The position numbers and the translations under genes were made by a program. This document shows positions 1 to 12,955 of a stretch of DNA of 64,000 nt, piece after piece; positions within the stretch are counted from its first letter, which is position 1, and each line of letters starts with the position of its first letter. The notes beneath the pieces were generated by a model, which saw only the letters and a program-made list of their open reading frames with translations, was not told the origin of the DNA and ran no database searches. Origin of the DNA: Paramecium tetraurelia (taxonomy: Eukaryota); contig CT868152.1 in assembly GCA_000165425.1 (NCBI GenBank), positions 434,001 to 498,000 of the forward strand, read 5' to 3'.

Positions 1-476
1 TGGGAGAGAGATCTACCCAACGGAGAAGGAATGGAATGGTATGCCAATGGATCTGTCTATGTGGGGAGCTTTTAGAACGGAGAAAAACATGGACTAGGAA
101 AAATCACTTTCATCACTGGTGAGGTCTATGAAGGAGAGTTTGAGTTTGATGATTTTAATGGCAGAGGAGTTTATGTAATTTTGACAGTAGATTTATCTAG
201 AGATGGCAAGATGGTAGAGTATATGATGGAAATTGGATTGATGGCAAAATGAATGGAAAAGGTAGGTTGACTTGGCCTGATGGAAGATATTATGAGGGAG
301 AATATATAAATGATAAAAAAAATGGTTTTGGAATATTTCTATTTGCTGATGGTCGTAAGTACATAGGGTTATGGAAACAAGGACTGTAACATGGAGAGGG
401 TGAATTCTTTAAAGGTCTAGGGCAAGAATCTACCAAAGGCATTTGGAAACATGGAAAACTAGTTAAACTTCTATGA
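1..476 (+). CDS. MORN-repeat protein, 5' truncated by the window edge
   Basis: Code-6 translation gives tandem YxGxW/FxxG..GxG repeats ([32 protein letters not shown]). Intron 175-200 (26 nt); TGA at 474-476. Confidence 0.9.
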
Positions 477-875
477 TCTTAACTGCTATAAATTTTTCTT
501 CTTTTTTATTATATTGAGAATCTATTTTTGTATTAAATCACTTAAGAGTTGTTACTCTCTTTAAATACATCCTTTATTTATGTTCATTTCAATAATCATA
601 AGTTAAGTCGACTTTAGAATAATAGAATTTTTTTTATTCTAATTTATTTTGCTATGTGATAAATGGTTGTTCTTTCCCAAAGCGTAACTAACATATGTCT
701 ATTATCAATTATGTATGGATAAAATATTGAGTATACAAATTTTACATATAAAGGCAGTTTTGATTAAACAAAAGAACAATGAAACCATGAAAGTTTATGT
801 ATATTATTATATTATCATGTTAATAATTTTCCCAAATTGATTTCATGAGTGTTCCAATTATTACCTAGTTTATTA

Positions 876-1540
876 ATGTAACCCTAAGACGAGACTTCTA
901 ACTTAGTTGTTCAAATTCAAGAGGAATGCAAAATTGAGATTGATTTCACATAATAAAGAAGAGAGCATTACAATGTATTATCAAAGCGAGAAAAAGATTA
1001 AGCAGTATAAATGCTTGGACCTAATCCTTTGTATGATGATTTTAAGAGGGTAAGCTAGGCAGTTGGAACTACCATAAAAAACCTTAAAAGATGGAAACGT
1101 TGTGGTACGGAGAGAAAAAAAGGTTGCGGTCGTAAAAAGCTTAATCCTCATGCTGAGAAGTAATTGATTGAATGGGTTATACAGAGAGTTCACTCAACAG
1201 GCCGAAAGATCTCCAGACAGGAATTAAGATGCAAGGCTCTATAATTATTCAAAAATCAACATTTTTGTGCATCCAAGGGATATCTGGATAAATTTGTTAA
1301 ATCCTACTAATTAAAACAAAGGATGAACGAGTAATATATAATATATATAAGGATAGGATCTTAAAAAGCATTGGAAAATTAAACACTAAGAACTTCTCTA
1401 AAAATCTATAATAAAATGACATCAAAATTGAGGAAGAACCACAAGCAGATACAGTTAAAAAAGAAGAAGAAGATGATATCAAAATAGAAAATCTTAGTTT
1501 ACAACCCAATAAAAGTTGCTCAGCATTTTAAACCTAATGA
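876..1540 (+). CDS. Bipartite HTH / CENP-B (Tc5/pogo-type) DNA-binding-domain protein without a DDE domain
   Basis: ATG 876. Reads ...TTIKNLKRWKRCGTERKKGCGRKKLNPHAEKQLIEWVIQRVHSTGRKISRQELRCKALQLFKNQHFCASKGYLDKF, matching the CENP-B HTH pattern E..L..W....S...KA..L....F.AS.GWL..F. Intron 1331-1356; TGA 1538-1540. Confidence 0.7.
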
Positions 1541-1859
1541 ATTTGTTTTATATATTGTTATATATCTCATTATTGTTTCTTTAAAGAAAAAAAAATTGTA
1601 TTATTTTTTACTTTAATTTAAGCCTTGAATTTTCTTTTATAAAATGTCAATCAATAATTAAAATATTTACTAGCAATGTAATTGGTTGAGATCAAATTCA
1701 CAATCTGAAATCCATTTTAGAGATTGGATCAGCTTTAAATAATTTACTAGCTTTGGGCTAATATGATAAATAGATTGGGCAAATAAAACTAAAATTTTGA
1801 TGTAATCTAAATAGTCAATATTATGAGTTTATAATATTATTATTAATATTTTGATTAGA

Positions 1860-3762
1860 TCAATCAGTAACAGTGGCAAAAGTCTTATAAATTTGAATAT
1901 CAGTCAAATTACGACTGTGCCTTGCAACACTCTATCTTTTTAATTTGTCAGCTAATTTAACTTTTTCACTCTCTTTTTTGATCTATTCAACTTATTATTT
2001 GAGATTGAGAACCATTTTAGGTGATGCAGCAGGTTTAATTTAAACAGGAACTTATTATTTAGAAATTCTTTCTGTTTGTGCCTCATATTAACTTAATTCT
2101 TATGCCTTAGATTGATTGAGCTCTATGATTAAGAAATCACTTTTAACAAAGCCTGTGTAATTCACACCTCCAAAGATATATAATTTATCATCAATGGCAG
2201 CAGCAGAATGACTACATCTTCCCAAAGTAGAGTACCCTCTAACATCTACTTAGGTCCATGAAAAATTTCTGATTTCTAAGATATGCAAATCATTCAAAAA
2301 TCCTTAAACGTTGATATCATCATTTTTGCCACCATAAATGACAATTTATTTTGATTAATCTACGTATGTCATTGAATGTTAACATCTGCTAATTGGAGCA
2401 CTACCTTTTGATTGAACTTCCTCAATGAACAAAGGTCTTCTTCTAACATCTATCCTAATGAGTTTGTCTAAGTAATGTCCATTAGAGTTTAGTCCTCCAA
2501 AGATGTAAATGCCTTGGTTTTCAAAACTTATATCAGGATCATGTCTATAAAGATCAATAGATTTATGTTCTAAAGCAGAACAAGATTTATGGAATGCGAT
2601 TCCATCTTAAAATACTGGAGCATTAATTTCTACGTTTTACCATCTCTATGTTACAATATCATAAGCAATGAAATCATTCAAATAATGACCTTTCGAATCT
2701 ATGCCTCCTTAAACTAATAGATATCTCCCAACAACTTCAGCTATGTGTGCCTTCCTTGGAGAAACAATACCAGCATGTTGTACAACCTTCACATCATAAT
2801 TTACTAAATTAATATGAGTGACTTCATTGGTTACTTCACACTGAATCCTATCTTCCTTTAGAGGCGAGTATTAAATACCACCAAAAATGATTAGCTAACT
2901 TTTATAGACATTGGCAGTATGGTATGATTTACATAATACTAACTATTTTAATTTTATCGTCGTCCATTTATAGAATTCTAAGATAACATAACTCTATTAT
3001 TATACATTTATCGAATGTTGCTTAACAGAGATCACTAATATGGCCAGCTCCTGATCCTCCATAAAGATATAGTTTCTCATTATAATTTACCATAGCACTA
3101 CTCTCTCTAGATGAAGGATTCCAACTATTACTTTAATTGCTGTAAATATAAACAACAATTTTCTTGACTTCATTAATTAATCTAGATTTTGTAAGTTCAA
3201 TTTATTATTTAATTAATTCTGTTTCCTAACGAACAAGTTCTTAACTACACCCCATTTGCAACTATCTTCTAATCTATTGCTAACGGAATTAGTCTTTGGT
3301 TGAGATAGATGGGTATGATTTGATTCCCTAAGTTTCAAGATGTATTTTTTGGTATTCTTTATTTATTCCATCCAATTGCAACTTTAATTAGAGTTCATTT
3401 TATTTCTTTATTCGATAATAGGCATCTCTGTTATGCAACAATTCCATTTTCTTGGAACTATTTTTTTTTTCAATTGGACTTGCTGCAAATAAAGCCCTAC
3501 TAAAATTATTCCACATTATTTTCGATTAATGAAGGGATCTTTATAACTCATCTATGGCATCTTAATTAAGCTGTTTGAATGAAATAAAGTGAGAATTGTC
3601 ACCCTCTGGATGCTATTGGAGTAATTCTTACCCAGCTTCCTAAACAATTTATTAAAAGGATTCGAGAGGAAGAGGACTCATAATAGCCTTTTTCTATTTG
3701 TACTTTTCCAGAATATCAACAATATTAAGAGAATTTCTAGGAGATGATTCCAAACTACTCAT
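1860..3762 (-). CDS. Kelch-repeat protein with N-terminal helical extension
   Basis: Kelch motifs (SSRESSAMVNYNEKLYLYGG, GRCSHSAAAIDDKLYIFGG). ATG 3762; TGA at 1860-1862. Confidence 0.85.
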
Positions 3763-3777
3763 TTTTTATAAATAATA

Positions 3778-5130
3778 TCATTTTTTCTTCTCCTACTATT
3801 ATTGTCCAACATTAAGATCTCTTAGCACAACTACTTGATTAGTAGCTCTGTTATATTCCCACCCTCCAAATATCAATATGTGTGGACCAATCGAAGTTGC
3901 AGTATGACCATATCTATTTCTCGGAGCATTCCCCTCATACTTGGCCTTCTCCCAACACATTTTCTCAGTGTTCAACACAATCAAGTAATCGATGTCTGGA
4001 GGAGTAGCAAAATTATTTTCACTAACAATATATAAATAGAGAACCTTCTGGCTCCTGAATTCAAGGACCATCCCCCAAATACCACAATATCAGCACCACT
4101 GACATTAGCAGAGTGTCCATATCTAGGAGCAGGAGGAGTTCCACTTACTCTTAGCCTACTCCATGCAAAGTGTTCAGTATCGAGAATTCTGATGTCATTC
4201 AAGTAGCAGCCTCTTAGATGGGATCCATGTCTCGGATTGGCTGTCTTAGGTAATGTCTTAAGAGTTTTATCTTCCTAATAGTAGAAACCTCCTTAAATGA
4301 TTAAATTGGCTCCCACCTATATGGCTGTGTGTCCTTAACGAGGAGTGGGAGAAGGACCTGTACAGGGTGGTTGAGACCAAGCCATTACTTCTAAGTCTAG
4401 GACATAAAGATCATTAAAATAATCAATTCCATTCCAACCCCCAAATATTATCATTTTTGTAGAGGCATACTATGATTAGTTCGGTTATTATAAATACCAA
4501 AGTAGCAGAATGAGCAAATCTAGCACTTGGAGAACCAGATCCTTCAGGTCCTTAATACCAAGTTAATGTTAATGGATCAAGAGCATGTAAGTCTCTAAAG
4601 ACGCATTTTTCTCCCTTTCCTCCAAATATAATAATTCTTTGTCCTGCCAAAACTGCAGAATGAGCATATCTGGGAGCAGGTGGAGTACCTTAAACTTTGG
4701 CTTTAAACCATCTATTTGCATTCACATCCATCTAATATGTGTCATTCAAATATTTATATCCCTCATCCTTATTGGCATAATAATGTCCTCCAAACAATAT
4801 AATAGAAGCTCCACTCAATGTTGCTGAATGACCACCTCTAGCACAAGGAGGAACTCCCTCTATCAACGGTTCTGCCCATTGCCACTTTCTTTAATCAAAC
4901 GGTTGATATTTAAAGCCTACTTAATCGAATATATTACTTTATTAGTCATCCTATTGTTCCTCTGGCTGGTACTCTTAATACTCTTCTTGCTGTTACATAT
5001 CTTACTCTTCATCATCATAATATTATTATCCTTCCATGTCACCATCTTAACCATCCCCTTAATCTTAATCTTCATCATATTGTTCTATATTATTTCCTGA
5101 GTATTACGAGTCTCTATCTTCAGAATACAT
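3778..5130 (-). CDS. Kelch-repeat beta-propeller protein with acidic/Gln-rich N-terminus
   Basis: About six kelch repeats ([54 protein letters not shown]). Two short introns; ATG 5130; TGA 3778-3780. Confidence 0.9.
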
Positions 5131-5164
5131 TATTAAATTTGAATTATTATATAATATATTGATC

Positions 5165-6513
5165 TCACAAAAATAATTCTTCTTCTCTTTTTATCAAATT
5201 GCTTGTAAGATCAATCAGATTAAGAACCTTATTTACATTGTCTCCCCACTCTTATAAAACATCATTTTCGTTCTTTTTTAACTAGTAATCAACTATACCC
5301 TAGATCCTATCGATTTTACATTTCAATAACTAGTTTAAATTTCATTCTCATACTTTCTAATCCATCATCAAACAAATTTCTTCTTCTAACTCTTAAGTGC
5401 TAATTTCTATTAATTCTGTTATTCTATTTAAATAAATCGAATCATAATAAATCTAAAATATTCTCAAATTGTGATGAATCAATTATCTCCTAAAATCTAT
5501 AAGTAATTTGAATAATGCTATACCAACAAATCTTTGCTAATTGTTTTCAATGTTCTCATCAAATATCTCAACAGCCTGAACATTGTGACTTTAAGGGGAA
5601 GTGCTAATCAATTCTGTACCCAAAAAGGCTTAAATTAATTAATTCATATTGGGCAATGCTTCAAGAGCATACTTATAGGTGGAAACAATGGATTGCAATT
5701 GTTTTTACTAAAATATCTATTGATCTGAAATACCTTCTCCTCAGAGTATTAACTCAAAATAGTATACATGGCATAATTTTCTAAGATTGTATTGTAATCA
5801 ATTCTAAAATTGAAATCCACTTTGGTTGCTTCCAATTATCTATTTTTATGCAATGACTCAAGTATTTTTGAATAGGCATGAGCAGTCTCTTTGTAATTAT
5901 TTTCATGTCTATAATAGATAACTAGGAATGAGTAATAGATAATCTTAAGATCTGCAATATTATCATCTTCGATATTTTTGGGTTCAATCTTTTTGGAGAT
6001 GATGAACAGTCTAACATAATCTAATTTCTTGATCATGATTTTCATTTGATAGAGGATGAATTCCAATTTTTCTCTTTTATCCATAGATCCATAGGTTTCA
6101 ACCTAGACTTCCTATAATATTTTGGCTGCATCAGCAATTTGATTGTCATCCTCTTTGTATTGAGTGAGCATCAAGACGCATCGAGCATATTCTACTTCTA
6201 AGTAGATCTTCTTTTCGCACACTTTCATGATGGCATCAATCATCTCCAATTTCTAATTAATTGGGAGTGTCTTTAATTCAATCATAGCCATTTAAACAAG
6301 TTCAATTTGTGCTTTTTTTGGTTGTCCTCTCTTCTTACTGAGAGCCACTATCAATTCATTGAATTTTGAGTATTATTTAGTATCAAAGCAGAGTTTGGCA
6401 ATTTACTTGGTAACCTTCAGTGTTTCGACGAGATTGTTGGCCAATCGAGCTGTCTTTTCTTTGTTGAGAAGATCTTCTATTTGCTTGTCGAATTCATTCT
6501 CTTCAATGATCAT
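5165..6513 (-). CDS. RPN5: 26S proteasome lid subunit Rpn5/PSMD12
   Basis: Signature segments LSKKRGQPKKA, KKIYLEVEYAR and QEVQVETYGSMDKREKLEFIL; PCI-like C-terminus; TGA 5165-5167. Confidence 0.93.
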
Positions 6514-6566
6514 TTGGATTTTAAATTTAATTTATTCAATACCAATCTGAATGAATTATTTTAATA

Positions 6567-9500
6567 ATGATCTATGAAGGCAAATAATCCATCTTCAGCC
6601 ATCAAGATTAGTATGCTTTGATCAGACTAGTGAATTCAGAAGATGATGCAACCACTAAGAAACACGAGGAAGGCAAGATAACCTTCACATTAAAATTGGC
6701 CAAATACTTATCAACCTCAGGAATAGGCGATTATTTGGATAGCATAAATGTTGTTCTGAGCTTCCTCTTACCAGTACTCCATCTGATAGACTGCTCCTCA
6801 TGGGAACAGGGTGGAACTTTTGATGTCGGAGAAGCCTAGCCGTATATAACTGTAAATTCAAATGAATATACGTTCTTAGATTCCGGAATTGATCTGTTAC
6901 ATCTATTTCCTTCTTGATTTTGCCATTAACTTCTACCTTTCAGAAAATAAATTGTTCTTCACTTTCCAAACCACATCGTTAGTCGAATATGTTTCAATAT
7001 TCCCATCCTTACTTGCGAGATTGAACATAATCACTGGTTACAAGTACATTTACTTGTTGAGAGTTCTGCGATTTTTATTGTGCTACAAGTTGGATAAGGT
7101 GTTACAGCGTTAATCTATGGAAGGTAGTAAATAGATTTGATTTAGAGTGTTTAGGCTAGCTTATAAACCAATAGTAACAGTGATGGCAATCATAATCATC
7201 AATTCTTCAATACTATATGTCGTAGAGTAGGATTATTCAATTGTTGAGTACATCTATTTTATGGTGGTTACCATTTCCACCGTCGGTTTCGGTGATGTGT
7301 ATCCGACAACAATTTATGGAAGATTTTCAATTATTGTTGCAATACTCATTATGTTCTTGGTGTTGCCAACATAAGTAGAAATGCTTACACGAGTTTACAG
7401 TTTGCGAAGTCAGTTCGCTAGAAACAAATACATTTCAAAAAAAGAATAAGAGCACATCTTGTTGCTGGGATCCTCGTAGGTAGAAGGATTCAAGACCTTT
7501 TTGAATGAGCTCTATCACAGTGATCATGGTTTGAATGATACCAACACTGTCATCCTGCAACCTTCAGCTCCAACCGAAGAAATGACTCTTTAACTTAAAC
7601 AACCTGCTTTGTCCGAGAAAGTGATCTATTTGGAAGGACATCCACTATAAAATAAAGACTTGGAAAGGTGCAGTTCCAAAGATTGTAATTGTGTGATAGT
7701 TTTGGCTAATAAGACAAGTCGCACTCCCAAAAGGGATGATTATCGCAACATCATTCATGCATTTGCTGTCAAATAGTTTGCAAAAAAATAAAAATCCAGA
7801 AAGGGAGCTCGAGTTTGTTTGTAGGTCTTGCAACCATCAAGCAAAGATTTGTATTTTAATTCTTTAGGTGGCCATGAGACAGACTAAGTCATTTGTGTAG
7901 ACGAACTTAAACTCTATCTTTTGGGAAAGACTTGTCTATGTCCTGGGATCAACACTTTGATTTCTTTTTTAATCCAGTCATCAAAGCCTTCTTATGATAC
8001 TACCAAGTATGACAAGAACAAAGGGGAATGGATTGATGATTACTTATGTGGAATGCAAAATGAAATTTATAGAGTTCCTTTGGAGTCTGAAGCATTTGTG
8101 GGCCTCACTTTTAGTTAAGTAAAAATCATACTCATCTTAGATTTCGTAAGCTATTTACAAAGAATTGAATATCATCTTGTTTGCCTTGGAAGTTGAGTTA
8201 GAATCAGGAACAAGTGTATTTGTGAATCCAGCAGATTATCTATTTGAAGATTACTTACATTATGGCTATGTTATAGCCACAGAGATGCCAAATATCGAGA
8301 AGATCCAACAGACCAAATTCCCTGAATACATTTAAAAGAACTATTGCTTTCCAAATGTGCAAAGATAAGCTAATAATAAAAATGCTCTTCAGTAGGAGGC
8401 AGAATACTTAAAAGAGATATTGAGTGAAGGCATTAAAGATGATAGTTAGAAACATACATCCTATTATTAAGTCAAGCCACAGACTATTACAACTGGACTT
8501 CCAAAGGTAGGGGATTAAGACAAATTCGAGAATCACTTTATTGTTTGCGGGGTTGTTTCAGATATGAAATATTTGATGATGCCTTTGAGGGCGAGATCAC
8601 TCAAAAATATACAACCTATAGTTATTTTAAATTAAGATTTGATACCAACAGAAATCCAATTACAAATTAATAAATTCCCTAAGGTGTATTTTTAATAAGG
8701 ATCTCCTTTGAATACAGAAGATCTCAAAAAAGCTTGTATTTAAAAAGCATCAGCTCTTGTGATTTTGTAAAAATCAGCTGATTAAGAGGAGGGAATTTCA
8801 AATATAGTTGATGCTGACACAATATTTATTTATAAAACTGTGAAACTTTTAAATTCGAATATCAATATAATCACTGAACTAGCTTCAATTTCGACAATAT
8901 CATTTTTGTAGATCTCAAGAAATAATTACGTTTAAAAATATGATTGGTCTGTAAGTGAACCATTCGCTTCAGGGGAAATTTACATTTCTACAATGCTTGA
9001 TACTCTAATTTGTTAGGCCTATTATAATCCATTTATTACCAGCATTTTCGATTAGATGATTTTAGGAAGTGCCTCCATGAATAAGAAAGTATATTAATAA
9101 TTCATATTTCTTAGAATAAAAAACTCTATCAAGCATGCAAATTATAGCAGAGCAATCTCTTTTTGATAAATATCCCACCTAAATATTTAGAGAAAACCTT
9201 TGGTGAACTCTTTGAGATCCTTCTCACAGAACAAAAAATGATTCCTATAGGACTTTACAGAGGAGAGAAAGTTAAAAACAACAATAAACCTTATGTATTT
9301 CTTAAACCCCCCATGGACGTTGTGCTCTAAAGCAAGGATAGGGTATATGTTTTAAGTGCAAAACAACCGAAAGAGCTTGAAACTATTATTGATAATGAAC
9401 CTATTTAAAGATAGGAGAATGCAGCCTAATATTTTAACATTAAATCTAAATTGTAAGGAGAAGAAGGTAGAGTGGACATTGAGTTTTCGAGAGAATTAAT

Positions 9501-9677
9501 GAAATTTAATGATAAAATGAAAAATTTTAATAACGAATTGATAAAAATTAATTAAAACGTCTTTAATCAAGGCTTAATACATGCTGGTAAACATGATTCA
9601 TAATATTCTTAGAATTCATTTCGACAGTTAGGTCAACATTAAAAGGAGAATTAGCCAATCTGAACCAAGCAGTATGA
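6567..9677 (+). CDS. Slo/BK-family potassium channel with tandem RCK domains
   Basis: S4-like YLLRVLRFLL; pore YFMVVTISTVGFGDVYP; RCK motifs LGKTCLCPGINTLI, IITELAS..EPFASG and MLDTLICQAYYNP; several short introns. Confidence 0.92.
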
Positions 9678-9741
9678 TATGTTAAGTTATTTTTAATGAC
9701 TAATATATATATATATATGTATCTATAAAGTAAAGCATTTA

Positions 9742-11303
9742 TCATTTTTATACACTGGTTAATATTGAATAGATGGCATTAATATGACAAAATGTTTGCT
9801 TTTACAAGCTTTTTATGATGAATTCCCTTTAATAACCAAATTATTCAATTTGTGAAATCACTCTTAAATCTAAATTCGTACTGTTTGGTTGTTGTTTTTA
9901 TTATTTAATATTTATCTCTTTCAGCCATTGATGATTCATAATTTCAGTTAACGTTATTCTTAGTTTTGGATTAACATTCAACATCTATTTAATTAAATCT
10001 ATCATTTAAAATAAATTAGTTACCAACTGAATCGTTTGATAAATTTTGTTTCTTCATCTCAATGAAATTTAATTGCCCATTTTAAATGTTATGATTCAAT
10101 TCATTCATATTGTTTCCTTTGAAAGGCACCTTACCAACTAACAAAATGTAGAGAAGAACTCCAGCACTCCAAATATCACTAGCAAATCCCTCATATCCAA
10201 TTTTACTGAATATTATTTCAGGTGCTAAATAGGCTGGTGTCCCACATTGTTCTAATATTTTCTGCCCCTTTATAATCTGTCTACTAACTCCAAAGTCACA
10301 TATCTTGATCAAATCTCCTTAAAGTAAGATATTGTCCAATTTGATATCTCTGTGTAAGATATTATGACTTTGGAGAGTTTAAAGAGCCAATGTCAATTAA
10401 GCAAAGATATTTTTGGCTTAGATTTCTGGGATGGGTTTCTCTTTGGTCCATTTCATCAAATCCCCACCTTCTACATACTCCATTATGATGTAGATTTGTT
10501 TTTTTGTTTCAAATACTTCATATAATTATGCAAACTATTTGTATTGGGATAAAATTTTCATAATTGTTATTTCCTAAAATAAAATCGCATTTTTACTAAC
10601 AACAATCTTTTTTTAGCACTTTCACTCTTCAAAGTTGATTTTTCAATTATTTTCATGGCTACTTTGGCACCTGTCAAAATCTGTATTCCTAAACACACTT
10701 TAGCAAAGGCTCCTTTGCCTATCACATAGCAGAGCTACCTTACTAAGGTTAGAGATTCGGTACCTTATAAAAATCAGGCGTTGAGGGAGGAATTCGCTTC
10801 TTAGTCTTTATCGTATGAGCGATTCTATTTGCCAATATTACTCTCTCTTTCATCACTTCTTCATTTGTTGGAAAGTGTATTTCAGGTAATTGCAGAAAAA
10901 AATCCTAACAATCAAGCAATTCAGTTTCCATTCTCCCAAAATCTGGAAGCATTTTCGGAAACGACTCTTCTTTGCTTATTTAGCTACTTGATCTAGATTT
11001 TTAAGTAGTCTATTAACTGCGTGATGTCGCATTATTCCCGAGATCAATTTTTATCTTTCCTAATTTAGATACCTATTTTGTATTTGACATTGATGTCGTT
11101 TCAGAATTCTTTACTGGCACAGGCAACCTAATAAAGTTATTCTAATTATACTACTTAATGGCTGGGCATTGTTTGCTTACAGATCTAGACCTATCTGTTG
11201 AATTCTTGGATACTTGGTTTGAAATACTTCTAGAGCGTGTATTAGTAGATTATGTGTTAAAATTGATGCATTTAACAGAGATATGTTTTTTCAGTTGATT
11301 CAT
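9742..11303 (-). CDS. Ser/Thr protein kinase, CAMKL (SNF1/MARK-like), with UBA-like tail
   Basis: IGKGAFAKV, VAMKII, HRDIKLDNILL, DFG, CGTPAYLAPE, SDIWSAGVLLY; TGA 9742-9744. Confidence 0.92.
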
Positions 11304-11332
11304 TTTTTATAACAGATAAATTTTAATTATTC

Positions 11333-11785
11333 TCAAAATAACAATAAATCAAGCCCAAATACTACGCAAATCAAGAATCCATTCAATCCTTTAGTCTTAG
11401 ACCAACCACAAAGATTATAACACTCCATTAAATCTTATAATTCAAAGGTCACGGTAGATAATGTACTATTTAATAATGGTTCTTTGCAGTTCTTAAATGA
11501 AAGAGTTTAATTATAGCAAATCTCAAATCTTCCATAATTACCAAAACAATCTTCATTGTGTTTACATGCAACAATCTCCTCTGCACAATTTGTATCAACA
11601 CAATTTTAAGCATCTTCTTGGGGAACAAACTTTTTTAAATTTGATGAACTCAAACCAGAAGTAGTACCTTCATCTGTTACTTTGACTACATCAGGTTCAT
11701 ACTGATCAATGTAATCAGCATCGTCTTAGCCTAACTAACAAAAGGTTTATTAAAAGAACAAAGCAATAACAAGAAATTAAAGCAT
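11333..11785 (-). CDS. Small secreted Cys-rich protein, probably GPI-anchored (150 aa)
   Basis: Intronless 453-nt ORF: signal peptide MLQFLVIALFF, Cys-rich core (CVDTNC..AC...DC..IC..NC..ECYNLC), hydrophobic C-terminus FLICVVFGLDLLLF. Confidence 0.75.
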
Positions 11786-11826
11786 TTATATAAATTACAT
11801 ACATATTTGAGAAATAAAGTTCAAAA

Positions 11827-12833
11827 TCATTTTATCAAAAATTCTTATAATTCTTTCAAATATTGCATTGTTTGTGAGTATTGATCTTTTATGGTCTCTA
11901 TTTCTTCAAATAAATTATTAAAATAATCTTCTCGAATTACCTAAGTAAATATATAATTGCATATGTACTTAATTGACAGATTACTATAATTAACTAAAGT
12001 CATTCATTTATTAATTTAATAAGTCATGAGTTCGTTGCAAATTATAAGTAAGATTGTCAGTTTTTTATTTCAATACTTCTACTTCGGTTAGATTATCTTT
12101 AGACGTTATTCGCTCAATTTTTTTTTAGATTTGAATTGATACATCCAAAAATGACTTTAATGATTAATCAACCTAATAATCCATTTTCATGATACATGCT
12201 AATTATATTCTATAATTCTTTTGTCTGTTTAATTCTTATGGGATTGAAAGGCTTCATCCAGTTATTTCAATTTCAATTCAAATTTCCCTATTCTTTACAA
12301 TAGCAAGGTGAGTTTCTCTTAAATTCCATTAAAGTAATCTGCACTTGATTTATTGTTTTGTTAATACTATCTGTTTGTTTTTTCACTAAGTTAATTTAAT
12401 ATATATACCTCAATTGTAATCTTTCTTCAATCTATTCAAATCTCCTTTCAAATTCATTAAGCAACATAACCAAAGCTGAATCATTGTTATTACTCTGATA
12501 TTTAGAGGCGTTATCCCTCATAGAATCATATGATTTTTTTTAGCACTCCTCCATAATGCTATTCTTTTTTGAATTAAACCTATCATTTTCAATAGATTAT
12601 AAATTAAAAGATATGCTTTAATTTTATGTTTTCATAGGTACTGCATTTGCCTCAATTGAATTAGTGAGTAAATATTAATCATTATAACTCTCATTTTAAG
12701 CTAATTATTTTTCAATCAAGAGTAATTTTTCATCTAAAGTTCTGTTGTTCTGGTTCTAGTTTTCCTTCTGGGTTCTTCTATTAATCATTCTAAATTCATC
12801 GATGCTATTAGCTCTTTAATTTATTTTTGACAT
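11827..12833 (-). CDS. Hypothetical coiled-coil protein
   Basis: Long TGA-free frame from ATG 12833 (MSKINQRANSIDEF) with short introns; heptad-like composition. Confidence 0.6.
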
Positions 12834-12955
12834 ATTTGAATTTGAATACTTATTAATTTATAAATTTTTTAATATTAATTATCAAAGGCATAATTTTATT
12901 CGAAAGAACTTTTTATTTAAAAAAAATAAAAAATACATAATTTTTATTTTTGAAG

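Noticed and set aside
1644..1766. 40-codon ORF between the HTH and kelch genes
   Set aside because: Too short and has no recognisable motif; such ORFs arise by chance when TGA is the only stop.
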